Of a stretch of 64,000 nt of DNA, positions 1 to 12,842 are shown piece after piece (within the stretch, counting starts at the first letter, position 1; every line of letters begins with the position of its first letter). The notes below the pieces were generated by a model. The model did no database searches, was not told the DNA's origin, and worked only from the letters and a program-made list of their open reading frames with translations. Both the position numbers and the translations under genes were made by a program. Source of the stretch: Octopus sinensis (taxonomy: Eukaryota). The stretch covers positions 155,062,001 to 155,126,000 of the forward strand of contig NC_042998.1 in assembly GCF_006345805.1 (NCBI RefSeq). The letters are read 5' to 3'.

Positions 1-994
1 TTATCCTCCTTACAAAGCTTTCTAATGCATCTGATATACCAGCTTTTGATTGTATGCCATAAGTAAGAGGACAAACATCATACCAACACAATGCATGGGA
101 ATCTTATGGCAGACTCCATAAATGATTTTAATCATGTGACAAAGCTGGTAACATTTGATGAGTTCAAGAATCTTTTTTACATTTTCTGGCATTTTGCTAG
201 GGATTGATCTCATTGAACAACCATCATCTTGAACCAATGTTAAACTGGCTTTGAAACATGCATACTACTCAAAAACCTGTTTTCAACATACAATATTCAC
301 CAAAAGCTAGGCAGAGCATTTTGATGGGTTTTGATGGTTTTTGTTAAAGATGTGTTGAGCTTTATGCAAAATATAATGCAGGCATGCTGCTTGAATTTGT
401 CAACCATCATAAAATATTGCTGAGTTGTTCAATACAGTTTCACATAATAATTGAACAAGAGTAATTATAATGAAGAATATTTGTAAACAAACTTGGCAGG
501 CTGGCTGCCTATGGTTGTCAGCAGCATATGCATTTCCAACAGTCCGTGTGTGTTAGTGTGTTCTTCCATTTAATATCTGTTTTACCATGCTAGTAGGGAT
601 TCGAACAGAAGGTTATTAGAGGCATGATTTTACATTCAGTTGCTTTTCCTGTTGCCAACCATTACCTGTTTTTATAGTAAGGGTTTTTTTTTATTCCAGC
701 AGTCTTCAAGACTACAAAGCAATCAGTTACAATGTCATGAAGGAATGTCACTATTTACCTATATAAATAGTCACTATTTATCTCAAGTGACAAGTATAGA
801 ATATCCATATTTATATACATGCACATACATACTCATACACACACAATAAATTTCATAGTTTTTGTCAACCGTATTTTCCTCCCAGGATAATGGTTGGCCT
901 AGGGCTACAGCAGAGGGCACTTACCTCAGGTGCCTGTGCCTAGTCATATATATAAAATTTTTATATGTATATGCATATACATGTGTGTGTATTT

Positions 995-1016
995 ACACAC
1001 ACACACACACACACAT

Positions 1017-1056
<40 letters not shown>

Positions 1057-1058
1057 AC
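995..1058. repeat. (CA)n microsatellite
   Basis: Near-pure CA run; it generates the HTHT ORFs at 862-1154. Confidence 0.95.
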
Positions 1059-1215
1059 TATAGTCTGTATCAATATGAAATTATACAGAACTTTGGGATT
1101 AAGGTATTGCAACATCCCTTCTCCTCAAAATTGCTGACCTTATGTCAAAATTAGAAAGCATTATTAAATATGATTTATAGGATGTTACTTCAAATTTCAT
1201 CAAATGAATAACATG

Positions 1216-1545
1216 TTACTACATACTGGCACTCCGTTGCTTGTTACAACAAGGGTTCCAATTGATCTGATCAACAGAACAGATTGCTCGTGAGATTAAT
1301 GTGCAAGTGGCTGAGAACCCCACAGACACATGTATCCCTTCACATACTTCGCAGGGAGATTCAGTGTGATACAGAGTGTGGCAAGGCTGGGTCCTTAAAA
1401 TACAGGTACTACTCATTTTTGCCAACTGAGTGGACTGGAGCAACATGAAATAAAGTGTCCAGCTCAAGGACACAATGCACCACTGGGAATCGAACTCACG
1501 ACCCTATGATCACGAACTGAATACTCTAACCACTAAACCACATGC
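1216..1545 (-). mobile_element. tRNA-derived SINE, family A
   Basis: Minus strand reads GTGGTTTAGTGGTTAGAG (A box) ... GAGTTCGATTCCC (B box), then the core CTTGAGCTGGACACTTTATTTCATGTTGCTCCAGT shared with 2392 and 63428. Confidence 0.85.
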
Positions 1546-2391
1546 ATGTTAATGTTCAGAATATCATACATCATTCAGGCAAAAACCATGTTCTTAATTC
1601 CACATAGATATGTTATTTTGGGTAGCAGCCACTTTCTGTCATGTGCATTCTAAATGTGACAAAAGGGAAATAACTCATGTGGGTTATTTTCTTTCAATTC
1701 TATCATATTATGCCCATCTTTGTCATAATTTCTATGGTTGGATGCTCTTTTTACACCTACCACTTTATAGTGTACCAGATGCAATTTTCATGGCATCAGC
1801 TCTAAGTAACTTAGACTAAAGATATTAGCATTGTTGCTGTTTGGGTCGATTAGCAACAACTTAATTCTGGATACTTTTTGCGCAGTATACTTTTTGCAAG
1901 CTGTTGTGGTTACCTTGCAGTTTGCAAAGCAAAAGAGAGTATCCAATGACAGAAAGGAATGATTTTATATGAGAGGATGATAATTGAGAGAATGACAAAA
2001 TGGGGTCAAAGTAGAAAAAACAGAGGAGGGGAGGGGAAAAGTAATTTCAGAAATTAGTGTGAAGGAGATAGGGAGTGGATAATGTAGTAACAGTAATAGG
2101 GTGAGTTGTGTAGGTGGACACAGCAATGGGATGGATCAGTCCATCTGTCATACAAGCATGAGCTAGACAATGGTCTCATAGAATGTATAAGTTGCTTATA
2201 GAAGGATGAAGTGAAAATGTTTTATAAAGTTTTACTGTTGAAGTTAAGTAGTTACTGAAAGGTTTGCTTCTTGTCAAAATATAAGTCCCTCAGGTATTTG
2301 TTTCATATATGGAGTTTGGCAGTATATTGCCAAATTCTTTTTCAATATTTACATATGTAGTGATATAAAGGTGCATGGTTTAGTGGTTAGA

Positions 2392-2690
2392 GTGTTGGGC
2401 CCACAATCACAATTCCTGGACTGGGCTGTGCTTTGTGTTTTTGAGCAAGACACTTTATATCATGTTGCTCCAGTTCACTCAGCTGTATAAATGAGTTGCA
2501 ATGTCACTAGCATCAAGCTATATTAGCCTTTATCTTTCTCTTGTACAACATTTATGGCATGAAGAGGAGAGGTTGGTATGCATGGGCAACTGCTGGTTTT
2601 CCATAAACAAATTTGCCCAAAATTGTACCTTGGAGGGGAATTTTCTAGGTGCAATCCCATGGTCATAAAGGGGGTCTTTTTACATTTGCC
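2392..2690 (+). mobile_element. tRNA-derived SINE, family A (degenerate)
   Basis: GCATGGTTTAGTGGTTAGAG head and TTGAGCAAGACACTTTATATCATGTTGCTCCAGTTCACTCAGCTG core, homologous to 1216-1545. Confidence 0.8.
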
Positions 2691-2925
2691 AAAATAAAAT
2701 CTAGGTATATATTTATGTATTTACTTGAAACTTTGATGCTTGGATAAAGGAACATGCCGATATAGTGCACCAAGTTGCCATCTGAATGATTGCATTAAGT
2801 AATGCCTTATAACTGCAGCTGAATAAACTTCACTTTAAATATCTCTTAATGGAATAATTAACTAATTACACGAGTGATTAATTATAGTTTATCAAACTTC
2901 TTTCATTACAGCCTATGAGCTTTTA

Positions 2926-5900
2926 TCATCATCATCATTATCATCGTTTAACGTCCGCTTTCCATGCTAGCATGGGTTGGACGATTTGACTGAGGACTGG
3001 CGAACCAGATGGATGCATCAGGCTCCAATCTAATCTGGCAGAGTTTCTACAGGTGGATGCCCTTCCTAACGCCAACTACTCCGAGAGTGTAGAGGGTGCT
3101 TTTACGTGCCACTGGCACAAGGGCCAGTCAGGCAGTACTGGCAATGGCCACGCTCAAATGGTGCTTTTTACATGCCACCTGCACAGGAGCCAAGTCCAGC
3201 GGAATGGGCAACAACCTTGCTCGAATGTTTTTTCATGTGCCACCAGCATTTTCACATGCCAGTCTGGCAATGACCATGCTCAGATGGTGCTCTTAGCACT
3301 CCACTGACATGGGTGCCAGTCATTGAATTTGATTTGATTTCAATTTCACTTGCCTCAACAGGTCTTCACAAGCAGAGTTTAGTGCCGAATGAAGGAAAGG
3401 TACGTGTAAGTGAACTGGTTACACCCCTAGCATAGGCCATGGGTTATGGTCTCACTTGGCTTGCTGGGTCTTCTCATTCACTGCATATTTCCAAAGGTCT
3501 CGGTCACTAGTCATTGCCTCGGTGAGGCCTAATGTTTGAAGGTCATGCTTTACACCTCATCCTAGGTCTTCCAAGGTCTACCTCTTCCACAGGTTCCCTC
3601 AACCACTAGGGTGTGGCACTTTTTCACACAGCTATCCTCATCCAGTCTCGTCAAATGACCATACCAGCACAGTCGTCTCTATTGCACACCATACCTAATG
3701 CTTCTTAGGTCCAACTTTTCTCTCAAGGTACTTACACTCTGTTGAGTATGCACACTGACATTACACATCCAGCGGAGCATACTGGCTTCATTCCTTGTGA
3801 GCTTACACATGTCCTCAACAGTCATGGCCCATGTTTCACTGCCATGTAGCATGGCTATTCGTACACATGCGTCATACAGTCTACCTTTTACTCTGAGTGG
3901 GAAGCCCTTTGTCACCAGCAGAGGTAAGAGCTCTCTGAACTTTACCCAGGCTATTCTTATTCTAGCAGCTACACTTTTAGTGCAACCTCCCCTGCTACTG
4001 ACTTGGTCACCTATGTAACGGAAGCTATCAACTACTGATAATTTTTCTCCCTGGAACGTGGTGGAAGTTGTTCTCTGCCCATTTTCACTGTTTATTGCTC
4101 CTGAGCATCTGCCACATACAAAAACTATGTTTCCAGTTAGCCTTCCTTTGACATTGCTTGCACCTCTTATGTGTCCATAGCTTACACTGGATACATTTTA
4201 TAGAGTTTCTAACTACACCTTTTCTACAGATTGAGCAGGGTCATCTACCTGAAGGGATTTGTGGTTTGTCTGCCTTCCTACTTATTAGGACTTTGGCTGT
4301 AGCTAGGTTGACTCTAAGGCCCTTCAATACTAATCCTTGCTTCCACACCTGAAACTTCACCTCTAGTTCTGATAGGGACTCAGCAATTAGAGCAAGGTCG
4401 TTAGCATAAAGGAGCTCCCAGGAATATCCTGTCTTGAATTCCTGTTATGATAAATAGGAGGGAGCTGAGGACTAAACCTTTGTGGATCCCAACCTCTATC
4501 CGGAATTCTTCACTGTACTTATTGCCAACCCTCACCTTACTGACAGCATCCATGTACATGGCTTGCACAGCTCTCACTAACCATTCAGCTATCTCTAGTT
4601 TTCTCATTGACCACCAGATAAGAGATCGGAGTACCCTGTCAAAGGCTTTCTCCAGGTCAATTAAAGCCAGGGTACAGAGGTTTATCTTTGGCTAGGTATT
4701 TCTCCTGCAGCTGTCTTACCAGAAATATAGCATCAGTGGTCTTTTCCCTAGCACAAACCCAAACTGCATCTCATCTAAACTGACTCTCTCCCTAATTAGT
4801 TGGGCTATGACCCTCTCTGTGACCTTCATTACCTGATCCAACAACTTGATACCTCTGTAATTATTTGTATCTAAAGTGTCACCTTTACCTTTGTAGTAGT
4901 TGACTATAGTGCTGCTACACCAGTCATTGGGTATGACTCCTTCGTGTATCACCTGGTTAACTATATGGGTGACTAAGCTATAGCCAACACCACCAGATAT
5001 TTTGAGCATCTCTGTAGTGATTCCTCATGGGCCGGGGGCTTTCCCTGTCTTCATACTCTTAATTGCTTTATCTACCAAGGCACTGTCAACTCGGATAGCT
5101 GGTCCCTCTGTTGGGTCGACATTTGGCAGACTCTCTTTCTCTCATTCATTTTCTTTATTGAGCAACCTTTCATAGTGGCATCTCCAAATCTCTCTTTGTA
5201 GCCTCGTTTAGTGCAAGTGAACTATCATCCATGCGGGCATATTTCTCTCCTACGACATCACGATTCTCTCTCACACACTGTCTTGCAACACGAAATATCT
5301 TGAGTCTTTGGTCCTCACAGCACAGAACACTGGCAAATTTTTTTTCTTATCGGCTTCCCCTCTGGTTAAATAAACCTGTCTCCCAGCTTCCCTTTTGGCA
5401 GTCTAATACAGTTCCCTACTACCACCGTTCTTCCAGTCCTTCCAAGCCTGTTTCTTTTCTCTAATAGCCCTGTCAACAACATTGTTCCACTAACATATTC
5501 TTCTGGGTTGAGAGGGGACTTTGTACCATCCACAGATCTGGTCAGTGGCCCTTAGCAGATTGTCCTGTTGAAACCTCCAGTTGTCTTCTATATCGTGTGA
5601 AGCTATATCCTCTTCTATTTCGTCAAAGGCTTCAAGTAATCTTTATATATATAAAACTGAGAATGTGTGTCTGTCTGTCTGTCTGTGTGTTTCCCTAAAA
5701 CTTGAGAACTACACAACCAATTTCATTCAAATTTTACACATGCCTTACTTAGGGTCCATGTAGTTTCATGGGCAATAAAAAATGTTCAACTTCTTGCCTA
5801 GAGCGAGCCCATAGCAATATCATATCTTCTCCACTATTTCAGTATTATGTGTTAAAAGTGAAACAAAAACATTTCTCTATTTTATGTCAGATACTTTCAC

Positions 5901-7800
5901 TTTAACAATAAAAATAATAATAATTGAATTATATGTAGTAAGTAATAATTAAAATCAAACTAAAGTATAATATTATCGTAACATAACAAAAGTAAAAATA
6001 TAGCAATTGGTATAAAATTGCATCAATGACTTGAACTTGAATCAGTGGTTTCACATGAATGGGAATAAATAAAAAATAAAATTTAAGTGGAGAAATGGAA
6101 TAGTCCAGATGGTGGTGTGCATGGCTTTTACATTAGATTATTTGCTAATTAGCTAGCATTAAGCATTCTACTGAGTATCGCTGTTAGTTTATTTCTGATC
6201 CATAAAGGCCTATAGCTTCAACAGAGTACTGCTTTTTGGTTTACCGTAAGGTTCGTTGTTATTATCATTTCTGTTTAACTATTGTTATCACGTTTGTTGG
6301 TTCCTCGTAAGGGAAGCGTTGTTGTGTTGCATTTGTTAAATAATTGTAAACCATAACCCTCCCCCTTTGGGAGAAGGAGCTTTGGTTATAGTTTAAAAAT
6401 TGAATTATGTCCCTGTTTGGGAAAATTGACAATATTTTCACCGTTTACACGGAAGTATTTTTGTTAAAATGTCTTTGATAGAAGAAAGTCAAAAAATGAA
6501 TTTCGCCGTTGGATTGTAGCCACACTTCTATAGAAGAGGGAGGACAAAATACAATTGATCGAAATTACAAGAGACGGGCTAACAATTCCAGTCTGTTATA
6601 TATTTTGAGTATTGTTATCACTAGTGATATCAAGATATAACTTTGTATTTTGTATTTTATGTGTAGATGTATATATATAGATGTACATGTAATATGTACA
6701 CATATATATACACATATATACATGCACTAGCACTATGACCCGGCAACGACGGGTCTTTAATGCTAGTATGCTAAATCTTTGTCCATTTGCAGGATCTTTA
6801 AGTCTCCAGACCCTTCTCCGCCATACTGGTCGTCTTCTGGGCATCCATTTAGCCCTGATCCTGAAGTCGCTAACTACCAGTCTATAATGTGGGGCACATT
6901 CTTCACCTGGGAAGGTTTTAGCCTTTATAAGTAGCCATCTTTCCCTTTTTCTGGCAAGGTTGTAGTCAATTTGACTAGTGTGTCAGCCAGAATGGTAGGT
7001 GACTAGCAGATTTCCTGAAGTTAGTATTGCAAACCATATGATCATTTGCATCGCAGATCTCCAGCAGCCTGGTTCCCTCCTCATTGTGTGAACCAAAACC
7101 TTAGCCTCCATATATGCCATGGAAGCCCCCTGTATGTTGTTCAACACGTCCATTGAAGTCACCAGCCACAAAGAAAAGGTCCCGGTCATTTGTCAACAAG
7201 TTAGTCTGCAAGAGGGTGTCATAAAATCAGTCTTTCTGTCCATCGGGTAGCCCCGGCTGAGGGGCATAGGTCGAGATAATGGTTGCTAACCCATGATGAA
7301 GGACTAATCTAATCTTAAGTATTCTGTCGCATACTCTGACTACCTCGATTACCTTAACCCATTTCTCCACAAGCAGTATACCCACGCCCCCAACCCTGTC
7401 AGTGTTCCCTGTCCAGAAAGTCTTGTACATGTGTTCATTGCCTGTGAGGAACCTAGCAGAGCCTCCTCTCCACCTTACTTCTTGGAGTCAGCACATATCG
7501 ACACATCTCCGTTCAAGCATCTCAACAATCTCACCAGACCTACCTTTCAGTGTGCCAACGTTGATAGTGCCAACCCTGAGGGTGTGGGAGGTATGGGCCT
7601 GTGAGACCCTGGGATGGGGGACAGCAGCGTCATGTACCTGAAAAGAAAGCTTGTGTTTGGCAGAATTCATAAACAAACAATAGCCTTCAATTCAACCTGC
7701 ATACACTATACCATCATATTTATGCACTGTATGATCACTACCTTACACAGGAGATAAACCCTAAGTAGGAGTGGGGATGGCATAAAGCCATTACAAGTGT
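2926..7800 (-). mobile_element. RTE-clade non-LTR retrotransposon, near full length but decayed, interrupted by a Helitron
   Basis: APE endonuclease fragments (LRVGTINVGTLKGRSGEIVEML; GGVGILLVEKW; ISTYAPQPG) at 7227-7676. RT fragments (IPNDWCSSTIVNYYKGKGD..NYRGIKLLD; VGIHKGLVLSSLLF; KGRLYDACVRIAMLHGSETW) at 3679-5009. (GAT)n 3' tail at 2926-2947. Many stops and frameshifts; 5' boundary approximate. Confidence 0.92.
5640..6766 (+). mobile_element. Non-autonomous Helitron inserted in the RTE ORF
   Basis: 5' TCTTTATATATATAAAA plus (TCTG)n. 3' hairpin GACCCG-GCAACGA-CGGGTC (6737-6755) and terminal CTAG (6763-6766). Inserted between A and T with no TSD; removing it restores the RTE frame ANGQRFSI|LLEAFDEIEEDIASHDIEDNW. 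Confidence 0.93.
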
Positions 7801-8029
7801 TCATGGGAGACAGCCAAAGGATAGGAACTTCCGGTACAGGTGGAGGGGGTGAGAGGGCGGGTGTGCCGTGAACTAGCAAATTTACATGAGAGCATCTTCT
7901 GGGTATGGATTCTTTCGGTGGAGGTATTAAAAAAATCGAGAAGGGGAATCCGAGTGCATGTGCTAGTTTATATAGGGTGGAGTGGTGGTGGAGGAAGAAG
8001 TATTGGCAAAAAGAGTGGTAATCAAAAGA

Positions 8030-8131
8030 GAGAGAGAGAGAGAGACAGAGTGAGGTCGAGGGAGAGAGAGACAGAGTGAGGCAGAGAGAGAGAGAGAGAG
8101 AAAGACAGAATGAGGCAGAGAGAGAGAGAGG
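8030..8131. repeat. (GA)n-rich microsatellite
   Basis: Interrupted GA/GACA runs. Confidence 0.9.
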
Positions 8132-8229
8132 GGGTACCAGAGTTAAGGTGGTCAGAACAAGAGGGAGAAAAATATTCTTTTTGGATTTGGGTAGCATAAT
8201 TTAACGAAACAGCAAATGTTGATAATACT

Positions 8230-8427
8230 TACTTTTACTTTTACTTGTTTCAGTCATTTGACTGCGGCCATGCTGGAGCACCGCCTTTAGTCGAGCAAAT
8301 CGACCCCGGGAATTATTTTGTAAGCCCAGTACTTATTCTATCGGTCTCTTTTTGCCGAACCGCTAAGTGACGGGGACGTAAACACACCAGCATCGGTTGT
8401 CAAGCAATGCTAGGGGGACAAACACAG

Positions 8428-8458
<31 letters not shown>

Positions 8459-8582
8459 CATACGACAGGCTTCTTTCAGTTTCCGTCTACCAAATCCACT
8501 CACAAGGCTTTGGTCAGCCCGAGGCTATAGTAGAAGACATTTGCCCAAGATGCCACGCAGTGGGACTGAACCCGGAACCATG
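8230..8582 (-). mobile_element. tRNA-derived SINE, family B (head partly truncated)
   Basis: Minus strand: GGTTCCGGGTTCAGTCCCACTGCGTGGC B-box region, internal (TA)/(TG) microsatellite, and 3' GGCGGTGCTCCAGCATGGCCGCAGTCAAATGACTGAAACAAGTAAAAG tail. Homologous pieces at 8978-9160, 50030-50200 and 56003-56200. Confidence 0.85.
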
Positions 8583-8646
8583 AGTAAAATAGAACAATAG
8601 TAAAATAGAATTGAAAAATCTGAGTTTTTGGTTAGCCAATCTATGA

Positions 8647-8675
8647 CTGTATGTATGTATGTATGTATGTGTGTA

Positions 8676-8712
<37 letters not shown>

Positions 8713-8731
8713 ATGTATGTATGTATGTATG

Positions 8732-8760
<29 letters not shown>
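8647..8760. repeat. (TATG)n/(TG)n/(TA)n compound microsatellite
   Basis: Direct inspection. Confidence 0.95.
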
Positions 8761-8762
<2 letters not shown>

Positions 8763-8769
8763 AAATCCT

Positions 8770-8952
8770 GTCTACTATAGACACAAGGCTTGAGATTTGG
8801 GGGAAGGGGTTAGTCAATTGCTACTTATTTCATTGACCATGAAAGGATGAAAGGTGAAGTCAACCTCGGTGGCATTTGAACTCAGAACAGAAAGATGGAC
8901 AAAATACCAGTAAGCATTTTGTCTGGTGTGCTAACAATTCTGCCAGCTCATC
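8770..8952 (-). mobile_element. tRNA-derived SINE, family C
   Basis: Minus strand GAGCTGGCAGAATTGTTAGCA (A box) ... GAGTTCAAATGCC (B box); related fragment at about 33555-33660. Confidence 0.7.
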
Positions 8953-8977
8953 TTTATGTGTGTGTGTGTGTGTGTAT

Positions 8978-9160
8978 TCTTTTACTTGTTTCAGTCATTT
9001 GACTGTGGCCATGCTGGAGCACTGCCTTTAGTTGAACAAAACAAACTCAGGACTTATTCTTTGTAAGCCTGGTATTTATTCTATCGGTCTTTTTTGAGAA
9101 ACCACAGGGACGTAAACATACCAACACTGGTTGTCGAGTGATGGTGGGGGGCAAACACAG
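8978..9160 (-). mobile_element. SINE family B, 3' half
   Basis: TTTTACTTGTTTCAGTCATTTGACTGTGGCCATGCTGGAGCAC matches 8238-8283. Confidence 0.85.
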
Positions 9161-9639
9161 ACACACAAATACATACATACATGTGGTTGGGAAACATACA
9201 CATGTACATATATACAAATACCTGCATAAATCCATACATACTGACTTATATACATATATGTACTCATATTTACATATTGCATACACCCACACATATTTAC
9301 ACAGAAACAAGTACAAATATTTACGCATGTATATATACATGAATATCAGCATACATACACATACATACAGTTATATTTATGCACACAAATATTGAATAGC
9401 TTGTTAATGGTAGTTTTCATCGAGCATTTGCTGAAAATCAGTTTACAGCTCAATCTTACTAAGGAAGACAGTGAGCAAGTATCAACAATTTCAGCTGAGT
9501 TTTGAGTCTTGTTAATATATAATCCCACAAATCAATCATTTTACATCACCCTCTTTCTCCTCAGCTTAATGACAACCACTGTGCTTATCATCTATCTATA
9601 TTATACTAAAAGTCTGTGATTGCTTGATTATATAATTGT

Positions 9640-9804
9640 CATCATCATCATCATCGTCTAGCATCCGCTTTCCATGCTAGCATGAGTTGGACGATTTGAC
9701 TGAGGACTGGTGAACCAGATGGTTGCACTAGGCTCCAATCTTGATCTGGCAGAATTTCTACGGCTGGATGCCCTTCCTAACGCCAACCACTCCGAGAGTG
9801 TAGT
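9640..9804 (-). mobile_element. 5'-truncated RTE 3' tail
   Basis: CATCATCATCGTCTAGCATCCGCTTTCCATGCTAGCATG... is near-identical to 2935-3090. Confidence 0.9.
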
Positions 9805-9807
9805 TGC

Positions 9808-10335
9808 TTATCTGTAATTTAAAACAGCCAAACCAATGCAGGATGAGAAAATAAGCTGAAAGTAAGTACCCCTGAAATGTGAATACAAACAGAATAAAAT
9901 AAGTTTCGTGTAAATCAGACTGTGGATTCCTGAGTTATGCGTTTTTTGGGGGTTTGTTTCCACAAATTTAAGCAGTGAAACCTGGAGTTATTGCCCTTTA
10001 CTGTGAACACCTGGATAGTTTTGTTTGCATGCTTGCTTGTGTGCATACTTGTCTGTAATGTAATACAGCCAAACTGGCGCATAATGAGAAAATACTTTGA
10101 AAGTAAGGTTTCAATGAAATGTGAATACAAACGGAATAAAACAAGTTTTGCGTAAATCGGACCATGAGTTCCCGAGATATGCATTTTTTTAGGTACATTT
10201 ATAAATAGCCACACCAGCACATAATAAGAAAAATGCTTTGAAAGTAAGATACCATTGAAATGTGATTACAAACAGAATAAAACAAGTTTTGTGTGAATTG
10301 GACCACAGGTTCCTGAGATATGTGGTTTTTCGGGT
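9808..10335. repeat. Three-copy degenerate tandem repeat (about 140-bp unit)
   Basis: GAAAGTAAG..TGAAATGTGA(A/T)TACAAAC(A/G)GAATAAAA(T/C)AAGTTT recurs near 9858, 10099 and 10241. Confidence 0.85.
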
Positions 10336-10435
10336 ATCTTGAATTATTGGTGACTCAATGGGTCACAGGTAGTCTGGTCATCATTATTATTGCTGCTACA
10401 GCTTCTGGTAAATAGTACATAATTTCATTAGTGTT

Positions 10436-10750
10436 ATATAGCCTGTTAATTTTTTAGTAGTTTTTGTCTAGTGTTTAATTGCAATCACTAATTTTATAGA
10501 CCTAATACATATCTGCATTAGTAGTAAATGATTTGCTAATTCTTTGATAGTTTTGTCTAGTGTTTAATAACAATTGAAATTTTTACAGCCTTAATATGCT
10601 TCTTGTTAGATGTAAACAGCTTGTTAATTTTTTTGGTAGTTTTCATCTAGCATTTAATAGCAATCACTATATTTACTACTTTAATATATATTTCCATTAG
10701 GAGCAATTAGCCTGTTAATCCTTCAGTAGTTTCCATCTAGTGTTCAACAG
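10436..10750. repeat. Four-copy degenerate minisatellite (about 90-bp period)
   Basis: TTGTCTAGTGTTTAAT-like motif near 10465, 10554, 10644 and 10733. Confidence 0.75.
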
Positions 10751-10938
10751 TAATGGCTGTGTTTGCAGCTCTATATTATTAAGAAAATAATAATGTGTAT
10801 GGACCATTTTATCCCCTTCTCTTGCCCATCCTGCTTTACTGCTAACTCTTTGAAGTACATACGTTTTGTTCTCCTAGCAGCTCATAACCAGCCTTTCCTT
10901 TTTGTGTATAAACACAATGCATGTGTGTGCATGCAGAT

Positions 10939-10981
<43 letters not shown>

Positions 10982-11275
10982 TAACTATTAGCAACATAAA
11001 CAGTATTAATAGCAAAAGGTAATAATTATTCCCACTTAAAAATGGATGTTGCATTACAACATAGAAGACTGTGATAGTTACCATGAGAGAAACTTTCATA
11101 TTGGCTTTCAGTGCATAAAAGCATTCTTGTTTATATTGCCAGTGACACCCACTCATGTGATTTCAGCCTTCCCTGATCTTGTCAATGGTAGATGCTCAGA
11201 CACTAGAGATAACAGTAATGTCTCTCTGCCAGTGGATACCTCTTTTCAGAACTTTCTTCAAACTTTAGATAAATA

Positions 11276-12290
11276 ATGTCAGACCTCACGTTGATTCAGT
11301 AAATGAAAAGCTATACTGTGATCATTGCCTTAAAAGCACAGCATAGTGATACAGAGATAGCTTGCTTCCTGAATGCTGCCCAATCCTTCACTATCAAAGT
11401 TTAAAAGGAACTGGAAGCTACTGACAGGGATCTAGCATCAGCAACTAAACACAAAACATATGCACAGGATCCTAATATCACCCAAGAAATAATTGACAAA
11501 ATCCCTGGAAAGTCATTCAGAGCCATTGCAAAGGATCTCAAGGTTTCAGAGTGCATCCTCAGAAGAGTTGTGCATGAGGGCATCTGGTACAAGTCATTTG
11601 TGATGTGGAGGAGTCAGTTAATGATAAATGTGGCAAGAAAGAATTGTTTAACGCATGCAAAGCACTTGCAAAACAAGTTAAAGCATCAAGAGGCTAGAAT
11701 GCTTTAGTTTTTCACCAATGAGAAAAACTTCAATCAGGACCAAAAGGTAAACTGAAGGAATGACAGATGGTAATGCAGAAATCCAAATAAGGTTCAAATG
11801 ATCATGCATATAAGTTCCCAGCAACTGTGATAATTCTGGGAGTCATCAGCAACAACAGAGATGTCATACCTCCTCACTGTTTTTCACAGTCAATGTTGCT
11901 GTCTACACGGAGGTGTTGGAGAGAGAACATAATGGAAGATAGTATGTCTTCCAACAAGACTCTGCACAATCTCATAAGGCTAGGACAATTCAAGTATGGA
12001 TTAATGCCAATTTCTATGATCATGTTCTCCCAGATACACGGCCTCCTAGCTCACCAGACCTCAATTAACATGAGGCATAAGTCGAGAGAGAGGCCAATCA
12101 ACACCTCCATAACATCATACAATCTTTCAAGACTGCCATAACGAGCACTATGTTCAAAATTGATAACAATCATCTGATTCAGGATGTCACTGTTTCCAAC
12201 TCTGTACTGAAGCAGTCATTGACACTAACAGTGAATTCATTGAATAGGTGTGATAAAAGGATTCTCAAGATTTTTTGTACCAACTTGTTT
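11276..12290 (+). mobile_element. Decayed Tc1/mariner transposase, maT (DD37D)-like
   Basis: NEKNFNQDQKVN*RNDRW, MIILGVISNNRDVIPPH and SPDLN motifs across frameshifts; TIRs not found. Confidence 0.75.
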
Positions 12291-12377
12291 TTATATACAG
12301 CTTTTCTTTTATGAGCTATGCATCTTTTTCTAAATTCATAAAAATGACCTCAAAAAGCTGATGCATTTGGGACATAT

Positions 12378-12778
12378 ATCATCATATAATGTCTACCTTC
12401 CATGCTGGTATGGGTTGGAAGGTTTGACAGGAACTGGTCAGGCAGAAAACTGCACCAGACTTCTGTGACAGTTTTGGCATGGGTTTTATGACTGGATACC
12501 CTTCACCAACCACCTCGCTAAGTGGACAGTGCTTTTCAGGTGGCATCAGCAGAGAAAAGGTCAGTTCTGGCATGGTTTTTACAGCTGAATGCCCTTCTAA
12601 ATACAAACTGCTTTACAATGCAGACTGGATGCTTTTTACATGGCACCAGCAGTGGCAGGGTCACCAAGAAACTTGCAAGACAACAAATCTTTGAGAGAGG
12701 AGGTGATATTGTGTCAGAAAATGAAAGGTTAGAGTATGACAAGAGAGATAGAAACAGGTGTCTTGCTGTAAAGGTACA

Positions 12779-12842
<64 letters not shown>

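Noticed and set aside
22-237. 71-aa minus-strand ORF
   Set aside because: No recognisable domain; length expected by chance.
862-1154. His/Thr-rich and Tyr/Ile-rich ORFs here and at 8514-8836, 24302-24731, 40596-41225, 42864-43472
   Set aside because: Translations of (CA)n, (TA)n and (TATG)n microsatellites.
1868-1945. pre-miRNA-like hairpin (GGATACTTTTTGC ... GCAAAAGAGAGTATCC)
   Set aside because: Pairing is interrupted and short; no support without small-RNA data.
7690-7900. HDV-like ribozyme at the RTE 5' end, as known for some RTE elements
   Set aside because: I could not fold a nested double pseudoknot by eye; needs a structure-descriptor search.
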